DNA of 64,000 bases from Chlamydia trachomatis (GTDB taxonomy: Bacteria; Chlamydiota; Chlamydiia; Chlamydiales; 2-12-FULL-49-11). Below the pieces are notes generated by a model. That model did no database searches. It was not told where the DNA came from and saw only the letters and a program-made list of their open reading frames with translations. This document shows positions 18,785 to 27,869 of this stretch, one piece after another. The stretch is from the NCBI GenBank assembly GCA_945872565.1, contig CAMBZN010000009.1:2420-66419 (forward strand), in the 5' to 3' direction. The position numbers and the translations under genes were made by a program. Each line of letters opens with the position of its first letter. Positions within the stretch are counted from its first letter, which is position 1.

Positions 18785-19582
18785 ATGTACACAATTGCTT
18801 GCTGTAGTTTTAAAGGCGGAACAGCAAAAACTTCTACTGTTTTACACCTAGGTGTTTTTTTAGCAAAAAAGTTTAAAAAAAAAGTTTTGCTGATCGATTT
18901 TGATGCACAGGCAAATCTTAGTACAGGATTAGGTTTTAGTTCCGATGATGATGACACTATGGTTTCTGTTCTTCGAGAAGAAAAGACGATGTTAGAAGTG
19001 ATCAAACACACACACATTGAAGGACTTGATATAGTTCCAGCAAATGTCTATCTTGATGGTGTAGAGGCAACAACTCCCATTGTAAATGATTTATATGGTC
19101 ATGAAAGATTAAGACGTGCGGTAAAAGGTTTGGATTACGATTTTATTTTTATCGATACACCCCCTAGCTTAGGGTGGCTTACTCAAAGTGCGTTTTTTGC
19201 TTCAAACTACTCGTTGATTGCTGCAGTTCCAGAGCCCTATAGCATTTTAGCATTAAACAGGTTACAAGAATATCATGAGAAGATCGGGGGACATCATACC
19301 TTGGAAATTTTAGGGGTAGTTCTCTCTTTTTGGGATGAGCGCGGTGCTACTAATCAGGCGTTTGTAAATGCAATTGACCTTGCATTTCCGGATAAATTAT
19401 TCGAGACAAAAATTCGCAGAGATATTTCAGTTTCAAGAAGCGTTTTGAGAGGAAAACCTGTGTGTGATGTCTATCCAGATTCTCGTGCCTCTTATGATTA
19501 TGAAAGGCTTGCAGCGGAAGTGATCAAAAGAGTCACAGGAGAGAGGGAAAGGAAAAAATCTTTGGAGGCGGTCTATGTCTAA
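18785..19582 (+). CDS. parA: ParA family ATPase (chromosomal pGP5-like, CT582-like)
   Basis: SFKGGTAKTS deviant Walker A, IDFDAQANL, IDTPPSL, KIRRDISV. Confidence 0.9.
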   Translation: MYTIACCSFKGGTAKTSTVLHLGVFLAKKFKKKVLLIDFDAQANLSTGLGFSSDDDDTMVSVLREEKTMLEVIKHTHIEGLDIVPANVYLDGVEATTPIVNDLYGHERLRRAVKGLDYDFIFIDTPPSLGWLTQSAFFASNYSLIAAVPEPYSILALNRLQEYHEKIGGHHTLEILGVVLSFWDERGATNQAFVNAIDLAFPDKLFETKIRRDISVSRSVLRGKPVCDVYPDSRASYDYERLAAEVIKRVTGERERKKSLEAVYV

Positions 19583-20321
19583 AGCTAACCTATTGGCAAA
19601 AAAATTCTTAGCTTTAAAAAATAAGGAAGTGCATAAACCTTCGGAGCAAACAGTCATTCCGCACAATAGTTTTCGTGCCATGTTTGATCCCCATGAACTT
19701 GCCGAAACAGAAATTTTACACTTAAAAAATATTTTTAGCCAAAGTGCTGCTGATTCGACTTTTGAAGAGGAAATTGATAGAGATTTTTCTCAACTTGTGC
19801 AGATAACATCAGAATTAAAAGCCATACAAAAACAGGCTGTGATTTTAGTGGGAGAGAGAATTTGTGCTGTTCGTGACATTTTTAAAAGACATGGAGGAGA
19901 GGGAATTGGATTTACGGCATGGCTCTCTCTTGCGTTCAATGCTAAAAAAACAGCCTACAATGCAATGGCATATTTTGAACTTTATTCAACACTCCCTACC
20001 GATGATTTGAAAGTGAAAATGAAGCAAATGCCGGTAAAGGTAAGTTATGTTCTTGCATCAAGAACAGCGCCAGATAAACTTAAGTTTTCCATTATTGACT
20101 CGTACCAGGGGGAAAAACAAAGAGAAATGCTCGATCGTATCGAAGAACATATCCCTATTTTAGGCGACAAGCGGTCGTTAAGAACTCTTGGTGAAAAAGC
20201 AGTAGATGACTTAGAACGCATTATCGAAACTTTAATGCGAAGAAAAAAACATATTCACGAAAGTGAAAAGTCCCGTATAGATGAAGTTTTACATAAACTT
20301 CATGATCTTATTGAGGCGTAG
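19575..20321 (+). CDS. pGP6/CT583-family protein
   Basis: ELKAIQKQAVILVGERI, FTAWL, KTAYNAMAYFELY, YVLASR; coupled to parA as in chlamydiae. Confidence 0.88.
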   Translation: MSKANLLAKKFLALKNKEVHKPSEQTVIPHNSFRAMFDPHELAETEILHLKNIFSQSAADSTFEEEIDRDFSQLVQITSELKAIQKQAVILVGERICAVRDIFKRHGGEGIGFTAWLSLAFNAKKTAYNAMAYFELYSTLPTDDLKVKMKQMPVKVSYVLASRTAPDKLKFSIIDSYQGEKQREMLDRIEEHIPILGDKRSLRTLGEKAVDDLERIIETLMRRKKHIHESEKSRIDEVLHKLHDLIEA

Positions 20322-20324
20322 ATT

Positions 20325-20365
20325 AAAAAAAGGAGGAGGAAAGAAAGTTCCCTCCTCCTTTTTTT
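20325..20365. terminator. bidirectional intrinsic terminator
   Basis: A-run-GGAGGAGG...CCTCCTCC-T-run between convergent genes. Confidence 0.85.
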
Positions 20366-20370
20366 CTCCT

Positions 20371-21003
20371 TTAAAGAGCAGTGATTTTAGTCATATGAAC
20401 AGAAAACTTATAGCCAGTACCCAATAAGGCAAGACCTGATTCACTTTTAAAAATCGGTTGTGCATCAGCGTATTGCTGATCTGTAAACAAAAGATTGGAA
20501 GTAATAGAGTTGCCTTTTAAAATATCATTGCTAGGTGGCAATATCCAAGGTTCTCCAGACTCTATTGCCGCTTCAGCACAAGAGATAGCAACCCATTTAT
20601 TATTACCATCTAGAGTATAATATCTTCCTGGATTATCTCCATCAAATCCTGAACAAGGAGTTCCAAAAATATCTGTAGCAATTTTCCAGGGTACAAAGAT
20701 AATTTCTATTTTTACTGGGACAGTGTAGAAAGAGACTGTGAATGACTTGCCGTCCCCAAGATGATTGGAGCCTAAATGATCTGCAAAAGATTTTGCTGCA
20801 GCTGTAAAATCTACATAAGAATAGTTCTTAAACTCAGGTTGTAATTTTTGAATGACTAAAGTGTCCGGGGCAGTAATGATTCCGCTTCGGGGCTGAACTT
20901 GACATACCGGCCATGGGTTTTCATTATTCCATGCATAGTAGGTTGTCCCGCCAATAATTTTGAATGTAATTTGAGTTGTTAGTGAATCTTTTATAGATGT
21001 CAT
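20371..21003 (-). CDS. hypothetical protein
   Basis: Open frame from MTSIKDS (the longer track start overlaps pta); beta-rich; no family recognised. Confidence 0.6.
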   Translation of the reverse strand: MTSIKDSLTTQITFKIIGGTTYYAWNNENPWPVCQVQPRSGIITAPDTLVIQKLQPEFKNYSYVDFTAAAKSFADHLGSNHLGDGKSFTVSFYTVPVKIEIIFVPWKIATDIFGTPCSGFDGDNPGRYYTLDGNNKWVAISCAEAAIESGEPWILPPSNDILKGNSITSNLLFTDQQYADAQPIFKSESGLALLGTGYKFSVHMTKITAL

Positions 21004-21083
21004 AAAAATGCGCCTTTTTCTCTTTATCATACAAGAGAGGGCACATTTGAGTATAACAGGCTTGTAGAGAAACACATGATCGG

Positions 21084-23159
21084 CTATTGCGCTTGGATTG
21101 CAGTACAAGCAATGGTATAGATGATATCTTCTACGGTTGCCCCCCTTGAAAGATCATTCACAGGTTTTTTTAACCCTTGAAGAATTGGACCTATTGAAAG
21201 CACTCCAGCACTTCTTTGCACCGCTTTGTAAGTTGTGTTGGCAGTATTTAAATCGGGAAAGATAAAAACATTAGCCCGTCCTGCAACGGGGCTATTTGGC
21301 GCTTTTTGCTTGCCAATTTCCGGCACTTTAGCTGCATCGTATTGTAAAGGACCATCACATAAAAGGTCTGGGCGCTTTTCATGAACAATTTTAGTAGCCT
21401 GTTTTACTTTTTCCACTTCCTTCCCGGTGCCTGAGGAGCCTGTACTGTAACTGATCATGGCAATAATGGGATCAACGTTAAATGCTTTTGCCGTCATCGA
21501 GCTTTGGATGGCAATGTCTGCAAGGCCCTCTGGGGTAGGGTCTTGATTTACAGCGCAATCACCATAAACAAGAACTTCAGAGGGCATGCACATAAAAAAT
21601 ATGGAGGAAACAAGGGTCACCCCCGCAGAAGTGCCAAGTATTTTTAAGGCAGGGGATAGTACATTTGCTGTGGAAGTAGTAGCTCCAGCAACAAGTCCAT
21701 CTACCCGACCAAGAGATAACATCATCATCCCTACAACAATTGGATCAGTAAGATATTCAATAGCGTTTTTCTCAGTAAGCCCTTTGTGCTTACGAAGCTC
21801 TAATAATGGTTCTAGGTAGATTGAAGCGATCGTTTCAGGATCAATAATTTGAATTTTTTCGGAAAGATCAAACCCGCTATTTTTAGCAATTCTTCGTATT
21901 TGATTTTCCTTTCCAAGGAGGATGATCCGTGCAACGTTTCTTTGAGTGCAAAACACCGCAGCTTCTAAAATTCGGACGTCTTCCCCTTCAGGCAACAAGA
22001 TCGTTTTTTGTTGTTTTTGTGCTTTTGTGATCAAAAGGTAACAAAATGCAGCAGGTGACATGGTGCATCCCCCGGATTTTTTTTGTAGGCGCGTTACCCA
22101 ATCCATGTTGATTTTTGAAGCAACGTAGTTATTCACCATTTCACGATGTTTGTGATCCTCTTTTATCGATTGAGTGTTGAGATTTTGAAGTGCGATTGCT
22201 GTTCTTAGGCTATCTGTTTGGACAAGTAAAATAGGAAAACCTGCAGAAATTGCTTTTTCACAGAGTTTTGCAGTCTCTTTGGAGGGGATATGTCCCCCTG
22301 TTAGAACTACTCCAGCAAGATCTAAGTCACTTAAAAAACTAAGACATGCAGCAGATAGGATATCCTCACGATCTCCAGAGGTGATAATCAAGGTTCGAGG
22401 TCTAAAAAGGCTTGTGACATTTTGGATATTTGCGGCAGCTAGCGCAAAATGGAGAATGGGGCCATCATTAAATCCATTAGGGTTAAAGGATTTTGCTTCA
22501 AGATGTTTTTGTACTCCAGAAACAGATGTCCCCATAAGGGATCTTTTCCAGGGGATTAATCCGATAACTTCGACTTTAGATTTTGCAAGAGCATCTGCTG
22601 GTAAGGAAATTTCTTGAGGGGGATCAAAGAGGTCAATACGAGTATTTCCTTGACGATCTGTTGGTCCCCCCACTTTATTGATGATGCAACCTAAAAGCTT
22701 AGGATTTTTTACCCCGCCAAAATTACTTGCTTCAATTTCAACGTTTTCAACAACTGCAGGAAGGGGCTTACCCATTGGTGAGGTGATAAGAACAATATCT
22801 GCAGACAAAGCGAGGGCAAGGGAGTAGTTGAGTTTTGTTGCATACGATTGTGCAGATTTAATTGCAAGCCCTTCAATGACCACCACATCGCAATTGTTCT
22901 CATGGTGGGAGGTAAACCCAATTAGAAATTCTAAGATTTTATTCTCCCCCCCTTCGCTTAAAAGATGCTGGATTAAATCTGGGGAAATTGGAGAGCTATA
23001 GTTTGTAATGTCTAGGGATAAAGAGGTGCTCTCATGAGCAAAGGGCTGAAGTAAGGTAACAGTTAGACCGCTTTTTTCTAAGGCCCGTACAAACCCATGA
23101 GTGACTGTGTATAATCCTGTACCCATATTAATGGGCGATAAAATGATTGTGTATTTCAT
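21084..23159 (-). CDS. pta: phosphate acetyltransferase, long form with DRTGG domain
   Basis: N-terminal AAA-like region, SGDREDI, LTGG, LPEGED, GPLQYDAA, FIFPDLNT, DLSRGA. Confidence 0.96.
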   Translation of the reverse strand: MKYTIILSPINMGTGLYTVTHGFVRALEKSGLTVTLLQPFAHESTSLSLDITNYSSPISPDLIQHLLSEGGENKILEFLIGFTSHHENNCDVVVIEGLAIKSAQSYATKLNYSLALALSADIVLITSPMGKPLPAVVENVEIEASNFGGVKNPKLLGCIINKVGGPTDRQGNTRIDLFDPPQEISLPADALAKSKVEVIGLIPWKRSLMGTSVSGVQKHLEAKSFNPNGFNDGPILHFALAAANIQNVTSLFRPRTLIITSGDREDILSAACLSFLSDLDLAGVVLTGGHIPSKETAKLCEKAISAGFPILLVQTDSLRTAIALQNLNTQSIKEDHKHREMVNNYVASKINMDWVTRLQKKSGGCTMSPAAFCYLLITKAQKQQKTILLPEGEDVRILEAAVFCTQRNVARIILLGKENQIRRIAKNSGFDLSEKIQIIDPETIASIYLEPLLELRKHKGLTEKNAIEYLTDPIVVGMMMLSLGRVDGLVAGATTSTANVLSPALKILGTSAGVTLVSSIFFMCMPSEVLVYGDCAVNQDPTPEGLADIAIQSSMTAKAFNVDPIIAMISYSTGSSGTGKEVEKVKQATKIVHEKRPDLLCDGPLQYDAAKVPEIGKQKAPNSPVAGRANVFIFPDLNTANTTYKAVQRSAGVLSIGPILQGLKKPVNDLSRGATVEDIIYTIACTAIQAQ

Positions 23160-24322
23160 GAAGGTCTCACTAGTAAAAAGGCGTCTTGTGCGATCAAAAG
23201 CTCTTCATTAGTGGGGATAATTGCTACAACTGGCTTCCCACCTGGAGAAATAATTTGGATAGTGCCCTTTGTGGTATGTTTATTTAGATGTTCATCAAGA
23301 GAAAACCCCTCTAAAAGTTCAATCACTTTTGAACGAATAAGATGAGAATTTTCTCCAATACCACCGGTAAAAATTAAGCTGTCGATCCCTCCAAGGGGGA
23401 CCCTGTAGCTTGCAATGTATTTTGCTAAATGATAACAGAACATATCAATAGCAAGTAGTGCATAAGGGTCATTTTGCGCAGCTTTTTCTTCAAGAGTGCG
23501 CATGTCTGAAGAGATTCCAGAAATTCCTAATAGGCCGCTTTTTTTATTAAGGATAGTTGTCACTTCGTTGCTGGTAATAGAGAGCTCATCACATAAAAAA
23601 GCCACAATTCCTGGGTCAATATCTCCAGATCGAGTACCCATAATCAACCCTTCAAGGGGGGTAAATCCCATGCTAGTATCGATACTTTTGCCATCTTTTA
23701 CAGCGCAAACACTGCAACCATTTCCAAGGTGGGCTATTATTAATCTACTGTGCGTGGCAAAAAGTCTTCCAGCAACTTCTGACACATATCGATGCGACGT
23801 TCCGTGAAATCCATATTTTCTTATTTGATACTTTTTATAATATTCAAAAGGTAATGCATATAAAAATGCCCGTTTAGGAATAGTCATATGAAATGCGGTG
23901 TCAAAAACAGCAACGTTTGGAATGTTGGGCAAATGTTTGCTAAAAACCTCCATCCCTAACGCATTTACGGGGTTATGTAAAGGGGCTAAATGGCTGCATT
24001 TGCGTATTTTAGCAAGCACTCTTTCATCAACAATTACCGACTCAGAAAATTCCTCACCGCCATGGACCACACGATGTCCGATGGCACAAAGCTCCTCATC
24101 GTAGGGTGTTATCAACCCAACAATTCGCTCTAAAACTTCTGTGTAATTTTCTTGAGGGAGTTCTTGTCGTTCACTGCCTATATAAAGATTACAAGATACA
24201 CTGCCAATATTTTCTGCAAGTCCTTTAAGATAAACTTCATTTGAGCTTGGATCCATTAATTGAAATTTAACGGAGCTACTTCCGCAATTGAGTACAAAAA
24301 CTAGATTTCCCATACTCATCAA
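23156..24322 (-). CDS. ackA: acetate kinase
   Basis: VLNCGSSSVKF, GHRVVHGG, APLHNP, FDTAFH, YGFHGTSH, FTGGIGEN, TNEE. Confidence 0.98.
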   Translation of the reverse strand: MMSMGNLVFVLNCGSSSVKFQLMDPSSNEVYLKGLAENIGSVSCNLYIGSERQELPQENYTEVLERIVGLITPYDEELCAIGHRVVHGGEEFSESVIVDERVLAKIRKCSHLAPLHNPVNALGMEVFSKHLPNIPNVAVFDTAFHMTIPKRAFLYALPFEYYKKYQIRKYGFHGTSHRYVSEVAGRLFATHSRLIIAHLGNGCSVCAVKDGKSIDTSMGFTPLEGLIMGTRSGDIDPGIVAFLCDELSITSNEVTTILNKKSGLLGISGISSDMRTLEEKAAQNDPYALLAIDMFCYHLAKYIASYRVPLGGIDSLIFTGGIGENSHLIRSKVIELLEGFSLDEHLNKHTTKGTIQIISPGGKPVVAIIPTNEELLIAQDAFLLVRPS

Positions 24323-24357
24323 CTGACAATTTTTATTAAATAAAAGAAAGGGTTATT

Positions 24358-25680
24358 TTAGGTGTTAAGAGAGGGGATTATCATACCCTCATAATTAGGG
24401 TTCAAATCATAATCAGCACCGTTGCCCCTTGCGGTTTTAATCCAGGAAGCTTTATAAATGGCGCCATCAAATAGGGGCAAAATTCCCACTGAAACAACCG
24501 ATCCAAACACATAAAGACATTTTGTAAATCGATCTAAATGAATGTTGCCTGAACTAGTACTTCTCCAAATGGACCAAACACGTTCCCCATCTTTTGGGGC
24601 AAGGCAGCCAGGGATAGAAAGCCTTAAACTAAAACCTATTCCGGCATTATCAATATACCCTTCGGTTGCAAAACCTCTTATAAGACTAAAGACTGCCGCC
24701 CCAACAGAGGCGAGTATGGATACTATAGCTGCAGAAAGTGGAATCAAATGAGCAGATATGGCTAGGGCAAATCCCGAAAAAAGAATTACAAAGATAGAGA
24801 ATGCATGAACCTCTATTACTTTATGTGCTTGCTTATTAACCATCTCTAGAAGTCTTTTTCCACCATCAATAAATGCATCTAGTTTTTCTGGATCTAGCAA
24901 TTTAAACGAATCTTTTGAATAATCATGGATTGCTTGAACCCTATCAAAAAATGCTCGAGCAGCAAAACCGCCGATCCTACGGGCAAAATAATCAAAATTT
25001 TGAATCTCATTTAAATTTAAATACCCATCAGACAGTGACTTAAGTTTTATGTACGTAAAAACAGCCGATGCCTTTTTAATAGATAAATCAAGTTTATCCC
25101 CACCCTCAGTGCAGGTTTTGGCCAAACCGGCCACTTGCTTTTCTCCAAGAGTTTTTTCTAAAATGCCTTGATATTGCTTGATGGTCTCTGCCCTTTTTGC
25201 AGGAGTCTGATTTTTCAGCTTTTCTAAAACTTGAATGTGCTTGAGTGATGCTCCGATTTGCTCATTATCTAAGAAAGCTATAGATTGGTCCAAAAGATGA
25301 GCTGATCGGACAAGCTCCATGGTTAAGTATAGAGCACTAATGATTGTAAAGACTAAAGCACAAGTAGCAAGTGCTAGGGGGCTCATGACAACACCGATTG
25401 AAATTGCTAAGAATTTTGCAGCCATGGATAATAAGGAAATAGCCGAAAGTGTACCAATGATAAGTTTCAGGGGTGCTTTTATGATATCGTGAACAGCAAG
25501 AATCATACCTTCTAAAGATCTAGACTTAAACGCCTGAACTACATTGGTTTTAAGAATTTCAATGCTTGTAAAAACAAGTAATAGTGCAGAAACTCCCGTT
25601 GTTGCTCCAGATTCTGGAACAGTTTCAAATGATGGCAAAGGGCTGCTGCAAGCATCTAACGAACAAGTTGAAAATCTCAT
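24358..25680 (-). CDS. Inc-like membrane protein, candidate T3SS effector (paralog 1)
   Basis: S/T/P-rich N-terminus; two roughly 50-aa bilobed hydrophobic regions separated by a helical domain; paralog of 25775-27130. Confidence 0.7.
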   Translation of the reverse strand: MRFSTCSLDACSSPLPSFETVPESGATTGVSALLLVFTSIEILKTNVVQAFKSRSLEGMILAVHDIIKAPLKLIIGTLSAISLLSMAAKFLAISIGVVMSPLALATCALVFTIISALYLTMELVRSAHLLDQSIAFLDNEQIGASLKHIQVLEKLKNQTPAKRAETIKQYQGILEKTLGEKQVAGLAKTCTEGGDKLDLSIKKASAVFTYIKLKSLSDGYLNLNEIQNFDYFARRIGGFAARAFFDRVQAIHDYSKDSFKLLDPEKLDAFIDGGKRLLEMVNKQAHKVIEVHAFSIFVILFSGFALAISAHLIPLSAAIVSILASVGAAVFSLIRGFATEGYIDNAGIGFSLRLSIPGCLAPKDGERVWSIWRSTSSGNIHLDRFTKCLYVFGSVVSVGILPLFDGAIYKASWIKTARGNGADYDLNPNYEGMIIPSLNT

Positions 25681-25774
25681 AATATCCTTTATATTTACAT
25701 TAATTATATATATTTTAATAATTTGAGTAAATATTATAATTAAATAATTTAAAGGATCTTTATAAAATCTGATA

Positions 25775-27130
25775 TTAATCTGCTAGTACTACGTCTGAAG
25801 GAGCAATCTCTGTAGGGCTGCCTACAAGAGCGGGGATCTTTACATCACAATAAGCACCATTTGAGTGAAAATCTCCGCCACTTCCTCTTACTTTTGCAAT
25901 CCACTGAGCATTCAAAACAGCTCCGTCAAATAGAGGTAAAATCCCAACTGATGCAATGGATCCAAACACATAAAGACATTTAGCTAATCGACTTAAGTGA
26001 GGATTGTTTGAGTCAGTTGTTTTCCAAATGGACCAAACACGCTTCCCTTCTGTCGGGGCAAGAGAGCTTGGGATAGAAAGTCGTAAACTAAACCCTTTTC
26101 CGGCATTATCAATATACCCATCGTTTGAAAAACTTCTTATCATACCAAAAACTGTTGCGGCAACAGAGATAACTACTGAAAATATACCTACAGAAAATGT
26201 AATTAACTTTGTAGAAACAGCAAGCCCAAGTCCAGAGAGAAGAATTACAGCCACAGAGAGTGCGTGAACTTTGAGTACTTTACGAGCCTGCCTGTCCACC
26301 ATCGATAGAAGCCCTTTTCCGTTTTCGATAAATGCGTCAATCTGATTGTCATTCTTCATCCCTTTTAAAATATCTAGGGTATATTCACTAATTGCTTCAA
26401 CCTTATCAGCAAAGGCAGAAGCTGCAACACCACCGATTCTGCGTGCAAAGTAATCAACTTTTCGAACTTCAGCAGAGGGTGGTAAATATTTATTACGTAG
26501 ACGATCAAGTTTGATGAAGGCTAATAGAGCGCGTGCCTTTTTAAGTGCTGCACCGACTTCATCCACCGATTTCGTGCAGGTTTCAGCTAAAGCTTTAAAT
26601 TCGTCTTCCCCAAGATGTTTTTTTAAATCAGAAGCGTGCTGCTCAAGTTTAAGCTTCACATCTTTTACTGATAGGCCTACAAGGTCATCTAATAGCTGAA
26701 TTTTGTCCAGTACTGTTCCTACCTGCTCCCTATTTATGAATTGTATAGATTTTTTCAAAATGACAATTGAGCGAACAAGCTCCATACTCAAGTATACTGT
26801 ACTTGCTATTGCAAAAATCAAAGCACAACTAGCAAGGAGAATAGGGGTTATCACAACACTTATAGAAAGAGCTAGAAACTTTGCAGCTGTTGATAATAGA
26901 GAAATTGCTGAAAGAGCGCCGATAACAAGCTTTAGTGGCTCTTTTATTAGGTCGTGAACAGCAAGTATCCGTCCCTCTAAGGATCTAGATTTAAAGGCAT
27001 GAATAGCATTGTTTTTAATATTTTGAAAACTTGTAAAAGCAAATAATAACCCTGCAACCCCAGTTGTTGAACCAGTTTCGGGTACTGATTGATAGGTTGT
27101 AGGTTGAGCGTTTATATGCGTATTTATCAT
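25775..27130 (-). CDS. Inc-like membrane protein, candidate T3SS effector (paralog 2)
   Basis: Shares AFKSRSLEG, DYFARRIGG, GYIDNAG.GFSLRLSIP and RVWSIW with its neighbour. Confidence 0.7.
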   Translation of the reverse strand: MINTHINAQPTTYQSVPETGSTTGVAGLLFAFTSFQNIKNNAIHAFKSRSLEGRILAVHDLIKEPLKLVIGALSAISLLSTAAKFLALSISVVITPILLASCALIFAIASTVYLSMELVRSIVILKKSIQFINREQVGTVLDKIQLLDDLVGLSVKDVKLKLEQHASDLKKHLGEDEFKALAETCTKSVDEVGAALKKARALLAFIKLDRLRNKYLPPSAEVRKVDYFARRIGGVAASAFADKVEAISEYTLDILKGMKNDNQIDAFIENGKGLLSMVDRQARKVLKVHALSVAVILLSGLGLAVSTKLITFSVGIFSVVISVAATVFGMIRSFSNDGYIDNAGKGFSLRLSIPSSLAPTEGKRVWSIWKTTDSNNPHLSRLAKCLYVFGSIASVGILPLFDGAVLNAQWIAKVRGSGGDFHSNGAYCDVKIPALVGSPTEIAPSDVVLAD

Positions 27131-27205
27131 TTAATCTATCCTTTGTTATATATTAATTATAACATATATTTGATAGATTTTCAATAAATAAATACTATTT
27201 TAGCG

Positions 27206-27751
27206 CTATTCTAAGTCCCCCTTTAAATCCAGAGGTTCTTTAGTTAGAAGGACTTGCTTAAATGACATCACCTCTTCTAAAAGGATGGATTTAAGGGTAG
27301 AGAGCTCCTCAAGAATTGCCCTAACGCTCTCAGTATAAAGAAATAATGTCTTAGATGTTTGTCTAAGAGGTATTTTTTCCTCTTTTGCTCGTATTTTTTT
27401 AATCAAGAGGGAGATGTCTTTGATGTTATCTTTTAAAGCAAACAAGGTGAGCAGAAGTGCTTTAAGAGCCGTAAAGGAGCTAAAATCATCTTTAACACGC
27501 TCAATTTCAGAAAGGACAAGAAGAGAGAGAGAGACGTCTCTATAAAGATCAATAATGACATCAAGGGGATGGGATGGGTCAAAACAGGGGGCTAAAAGAA
27601 AGTAAAATCCAGATGGAGAAATCGAGCCCCTTTTGGAAGTTCTTGAGCTTAAACTGTATAAGTAAGCATGCACAGGTTCTATTGAGGATACAACGGGGGT
27701 GATTGTCTCGTCTAATTCATAAAATAGCTTTATGTGGGGTATTTCTATCAA
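27206..27751 (-). CDS. hypothetical protein
   Basis: 181-aa helical ORF, TTG start after GGAGAG. Confidence 0.55.
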   Translation of the reverse strand: MIEIPHIKLFYELDETITPVVSSIEPVHAYLYSLSSRTSKRGSISPSGFYFLLAPCFDPSHPLDVIIDLYRDVSLSLLVLSEIERVKDDFSSFTALKALLLTLFALKDNIKDISLLIKKIRAKEEKIPLRQTSKTLFLYTESVRAILEELSTLKSILLEEVMSFKQVLLTKEPLDLKGDLE

Positions 27752-27869
27752 GAAACTCTCCTTTTTCCCATAAACATGAAAAAAAAAGGAGTTAGGGGCA
27801 AGCTTTTTGTATAAATAATTACCTATTTATAGAGAGAATTTGTTATAAGGAAATTTTTAGAGGTGTGGT

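Noticed and set aside
18785-20321. Integrated plasmid suggested by pGP5/pGP6-like genes
   Set aside because: Chromosomal paralogs of this pair are standard in chlamydiae; no integrase, helicase or iterons are nearby.
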